NCBI GenBank assembly: GCA_002269645.1
Contig: NIVC01000064.1
Span: 62,001 to 126,000, forward strand
DNA: 64,000 nucleotides
Origin: Macrostomum lignano
Taxonomy: Eukaryota
Direction: 5' to 3'
The first letter of the stretch is position 1, and each line of letters begins with the position of its first letter. Under the pieces are notes generated by a model. That model was not told the DNA's origin and ran no database searches. It saw only the letters and a list, made by a program, of their open reading frames with translations. A program made the position numbers and the translations under genes. Below, piece after piece: positions 60,526 to 64,000 of the stretch.

Positions 60526-62495
60526 ACAGTGGGGCTAAATAGATAAAGCACTATTAGAGGGTTCAAAAACCAAAGAAAAGAAAGAAGGAAAGGAAGCAGT
60601 GGGCTACATAAAAACCAAGCAGCCTACAGCTATTAGCATTATAATCTATGGCCAAAACCGTTTGCAAGCTCTCACTGCCGAAAAAATACATTAGCGAGAT
60701 GGGCAAAAACCTGTTTTCTGACAATTGAGAGGCCTCTTTAATTTGGATAGCTTATTAAAAATACGTGTACCGATTCCGGACAATTTGCCATCTAATGGTG
60801 CAAAAACGGAGAAAATCGGTCATTCCGTTCGCAAGATTTTCTGTTACAAGCAAACAAACAAACAAACAAACTCAACTTTAGTATAAAAATAAAGTACAGT
60901 TAGTTTGAGGCTGTAACCGAGACCGTGGGAAACAAGGCGCTACAAGCTCTTTAAAACTAGTATAGCATTGCTATTGTGGTCCCCAGGCATAGATCTTATA
61001 TTCACTATGTAGATACGCCACTTAGCGACCACAAGCATATACGGCCATAGAGCCTTTGTGTTTCTTAAAAAAATTTAGCGACCACGGTATCAGGTCCGTA
61101 GCTTGTGCGCGCATCAAGGTTTTTCAAGGCATATTTAGCTATTTTCTTTCAAATGATGTAAATGATGTAAACATGTAAACGAAATACAAGAAACTATAAA
61201 CATCAGAAAGTTTCACCGAGTTGTGCAGCTAGATGTTGGACTCTATCACTTTTTGGTGGTGTGTGGCGGCCAGACTACGCGACCGGCAGCACCAGTGCAG
61301 CCGCACTGGAAACCCCCCGCCTCTGTCTAGCTGAGGTGGGGTGGGTGCGCGCCAAGCTAGCCGGCTCGCTAAGCCAAGGGGGTTGGCGTAGCCAATCACG
61401 CCACGCCACATGTGCGCACCTCCCTCGGCCCCTCAATAATCTCGCGCTGTTTTCACTTGTATAAATATACGCGCAATGCAGTGCAACATCTTCGCTGCCA
61501 TTCCATCTATTGAAACAAAAAGGCCTTCCGCCTCAGGTGACAATTTACATGTATGTGTGCTGCAGCCCTGAACACAGCTGCAGCTCCTCGAATTCAGCGC
61601 CATTTTGCCTTTTTTTTATAGCAAAGCGCAAAGGAAGCAAGGACTGGTGAACTTTGTGTCCGTTGCAAATACTTACGCAAAAATAGGTCGATGTCCCTTA
61701 AGCTACTGACCTCAGATTTGTCTCTAACACTGTCGGTTAATTGAATTTTTTCCTGCAATTTGCGTGGTCGGTCTTTTCCTATTGAATGCATTGAGAGTGG
61801 CCTATCCAGGGAATATAAGATCTATGTCCTCAGGCCACATTAATGTACATGTTAATTTAAAAAAGGGCAGAGTGCAGACAGCTGAAGAAGGACCAGTTTT
61901 CTCCAGGCCACTGATATCGATCGTTTTTGGCTGGGGTAGGGAGGATCATTTTTTGCTTATGTCATTTTGTCAAAAACGAGCCCAGTCTAGTTATACTTTT
62001 TGGTCTGTGTCGCACTCTTCCTGCTTCCTACTTTTTGGTTTGGTAGTTCAATGCTTTGACCGTCTGTGTCGCAGTCAAAAAAAAGACGCACACACGCATC
62101 GCATATTTGCCACAATGTTTTTTTAATCAATTCGCTTGTAGGCGAAGCTTTTGATGGGTTCGGCCTTTTTAAGCCTGTAGCTTCGGGCCTCAGAACTCAG
62201 AAATGAATCACTTAGAACTCTGGCCTCTCACTCCTGTCAGATGGTCAGCCCCGTGGTAGCTAGATTGTGGGCGAGCAGCAAGGTCCTATAGCTAAGAGAA
62301 GACAGCGAGAGACAAGCAGGGAGAATTTGAAAGGTAGAGATTAGCTAATCCACAGATTAACTAAACCGGTCCAACCAGTCCGTGCGCCCCGGCTCACCAA
62401 ACCGGAGCTATCGAAATCGGAATTCCGACTAGAGGGGCACTGCACTTACCTGCCATCTAGTGTCTTTTAGCTATCTCGAAGTCATAGCCGAATAG

Positions 62496-63876
62496 GGGCG
62501 CTTTCATTAGGCCAAAATTTCACTTTGCCAAAAAGCAGCCTCTTTCACTAGGCCGAAACTTCACTAGGCCGAAACTTTACTTTGCAGAAATGACTAGCAC
62601 GCTCTTTCATAAGGCCGAAACTTCACTAGGCCGAAACTGCACTTTGCCGAAATGACTAGCACGCTCTTTCATAAGGCCGAAACTACACTAGGCCGAAACT
62701 TTACTTTGCCGAAATGACTAGCACGCTCTTTCATAAGGCCGAAACTTCACTAGGCCGAAAAATCATCTTAGCAGCCTCTTTCACTAGGCCGAAACTTCAC
62801 ATTGCCGAAAAATCATCTTAGCAGCATCCTTACTATGGTCGAAAGGGGATGTGAACTTAAGCGTCCAAAATGAAACCGCAAGCAAGCAGTGACGATTTCT
62901 CTGCACCAGTTTCTTTATTTTGACCTAAGAGTTACTGCTACTAAAGTGGGAGCACGATATGGTCACTCAGTTTTTTTATGGAATACGAGCGTATTTTTAA
63001 CATTCCTTACTTCATTTGGGGTTAACTTTGATTGCTTATTATTTTCATTGCATTTTCTGTCTCAGTCGGATGGACTTTTAAGTTGTAGAGTGCTCGTATG
63101 TTGTTGTAAGGCTCCTTTGAAAGTATGCAGATTTGCCTGGATTCCGATTCATAGAATATGCATGGCTCTTAGTCTCTAATTCTTTGGCTTCTGTGAAATT
63201 CAACCCGTATGTTTTTAGTATCAAAAAGACAATGTACAATAGTATATGATTTTTTATATGCCCCATATTCTCTCTCCTCTCTTCCCCATTTTTTTCTTAA
63301 ATTGCTCGCTCATACCTTTCAGTCTAGCCGCTAGCGGGAACGAGCCCTATGCAGGCCTGGTCCTGTTGTCTGCTATTGGATCTGTGCAAGGACTCGTAGA
63401 TCTAGCAGGTTTTAGTTCTAGATCTCTAAGGTCTGTTTAATGATTAATGATTAATAATAATGATTAATTATTATTCAATAATAATAATAATAAAATAATG
63501 ATAATAATTATTAGTGATTAAAGATTCAGTTTAATGTTACCATGTTAGTTTCGGCCTAGTGAAAGAGGCTGCTAAAATGATTTTCGGCAAAGTGAAGTTT
63601 CGGCCTAGTGAAAGAGGCTGCATGCTAAAATGATTTTTCGGCGTAGTGAAGTTTCGTCCTTATGAAAGAGCGTGCTATAGTCATTTCGGCAAAGTGAAGT
63701 TTCGTCCTTATGAAAGAGCGTGCTAGTCATTTCGGCCTAGTGAAGTTTCGGCCTAGTGAAAGAGGCTGCTAAAATGATTTTTCGGCAAAGTGAAGTTTCG
63801 GCCTAGTGAAGTTTCGGCCTTGTGAAGGAAGATGCTTTCGGCAAAGTGAAATTTCGGCCTGGTAAACCCCCCCCCC
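62496..63876. mobile_element. Foldback/MULE-like non-autonomous element with long repeat-built TIRs and a 9-bp TSD (gccgaatag)
   Basis: gccgaatag at 62487-62495 and 63877-63885. Arrays of ttcactaggccgaaac (62500-62810) are mirrored by gtttcggcctagtgaa arrays (63545-63865). Confidence 0.82.
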
Positions 63877-64000
63877 GCCGAATAGAAGGGACGCTGCTGG
63901 GACTAAGATCGCATTGGCCATGCAGGGACAGAGAGGACTTTTGCAGGGGGTTCTTGCGCTGGCGAGCCTTTATACACGGCTGAATGCACTATTTCATTAC

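Larger units (their letters stand above)
54720..60885 (-). mobile_element. Helitron (canonical Helitron1-type), autonomous-like but carrying a nonsense codon
   Basis: Contains the RepHel gene. The 5' subterminal region on the minus strand (ATACTAAAGTTGAG(TTTG)n..ACCGATTT..TTAGATGGC) resembles 5' ends of insect Helitrons as I recall them. No clear 5' TC or 3' hairpin-CTRR is seen, so the boundaries are approximate. Confidence 0.85.

Noticed and set aside
27702-60538. Antisense or alternative-frame ORFs over mariner, SLC26, ISG12-like and RepHel sequences
   Set aside because: Shadows of GC-rich coding DNA on the other strand or frame, with no independent motifs.
62444-62463. U1 snRNA start (ACTTACCTG)
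   Set aside because: The downstream sequence does not follow U1 stem-loop I or carry an Sm site.

Overview
Eukaryotic, intron-containing, minisatellite-rich animal DNA. The style (GT-AG introns filled with tandem repeats, CpG-rich exons, acceptor-like sites just upstream of start codons) suggests a free-living flatworm such as Macrostomum; this is inference. 1-10 kb holds four closely spaced minus-strand genes: an EXD1-like pseudo-exonuclease, a GDPGP1-like HIT protein, SPT4, and a small basic two-exon gene. 10-19 kb is mostly non-coding, AT-rich and strongly CpG-depleted. It is followed by a UBA52 (ubiquitin-eL40) gene and a complete 4-exon SLC26/prestin-like gene (21.5-25.9 kb). 26.9-54.7 kb is a tandemly amplified module: [mariner] + intronless STAS-less SLC26 (minus) + a broken SLC26 TM13-14/STAS fragment (plus) + a signal-peptide-bearing IFI27/ISG12-like gene (minus). 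There are three STAS-less SLC26 copies (one intact) and four ISG12-like copies (all intact, with a hypervariable patch). 54.8-60.9 kb is a 7-exon Helitron RepHel gene with an OTU protease domain and one nonsense codon. 62.5-63.9 kb is a foldback/MULE-like element with a 9-bp TSD. Exon coordinates were read by eye from GT-AG sites and frame continuity, not from transcripts.
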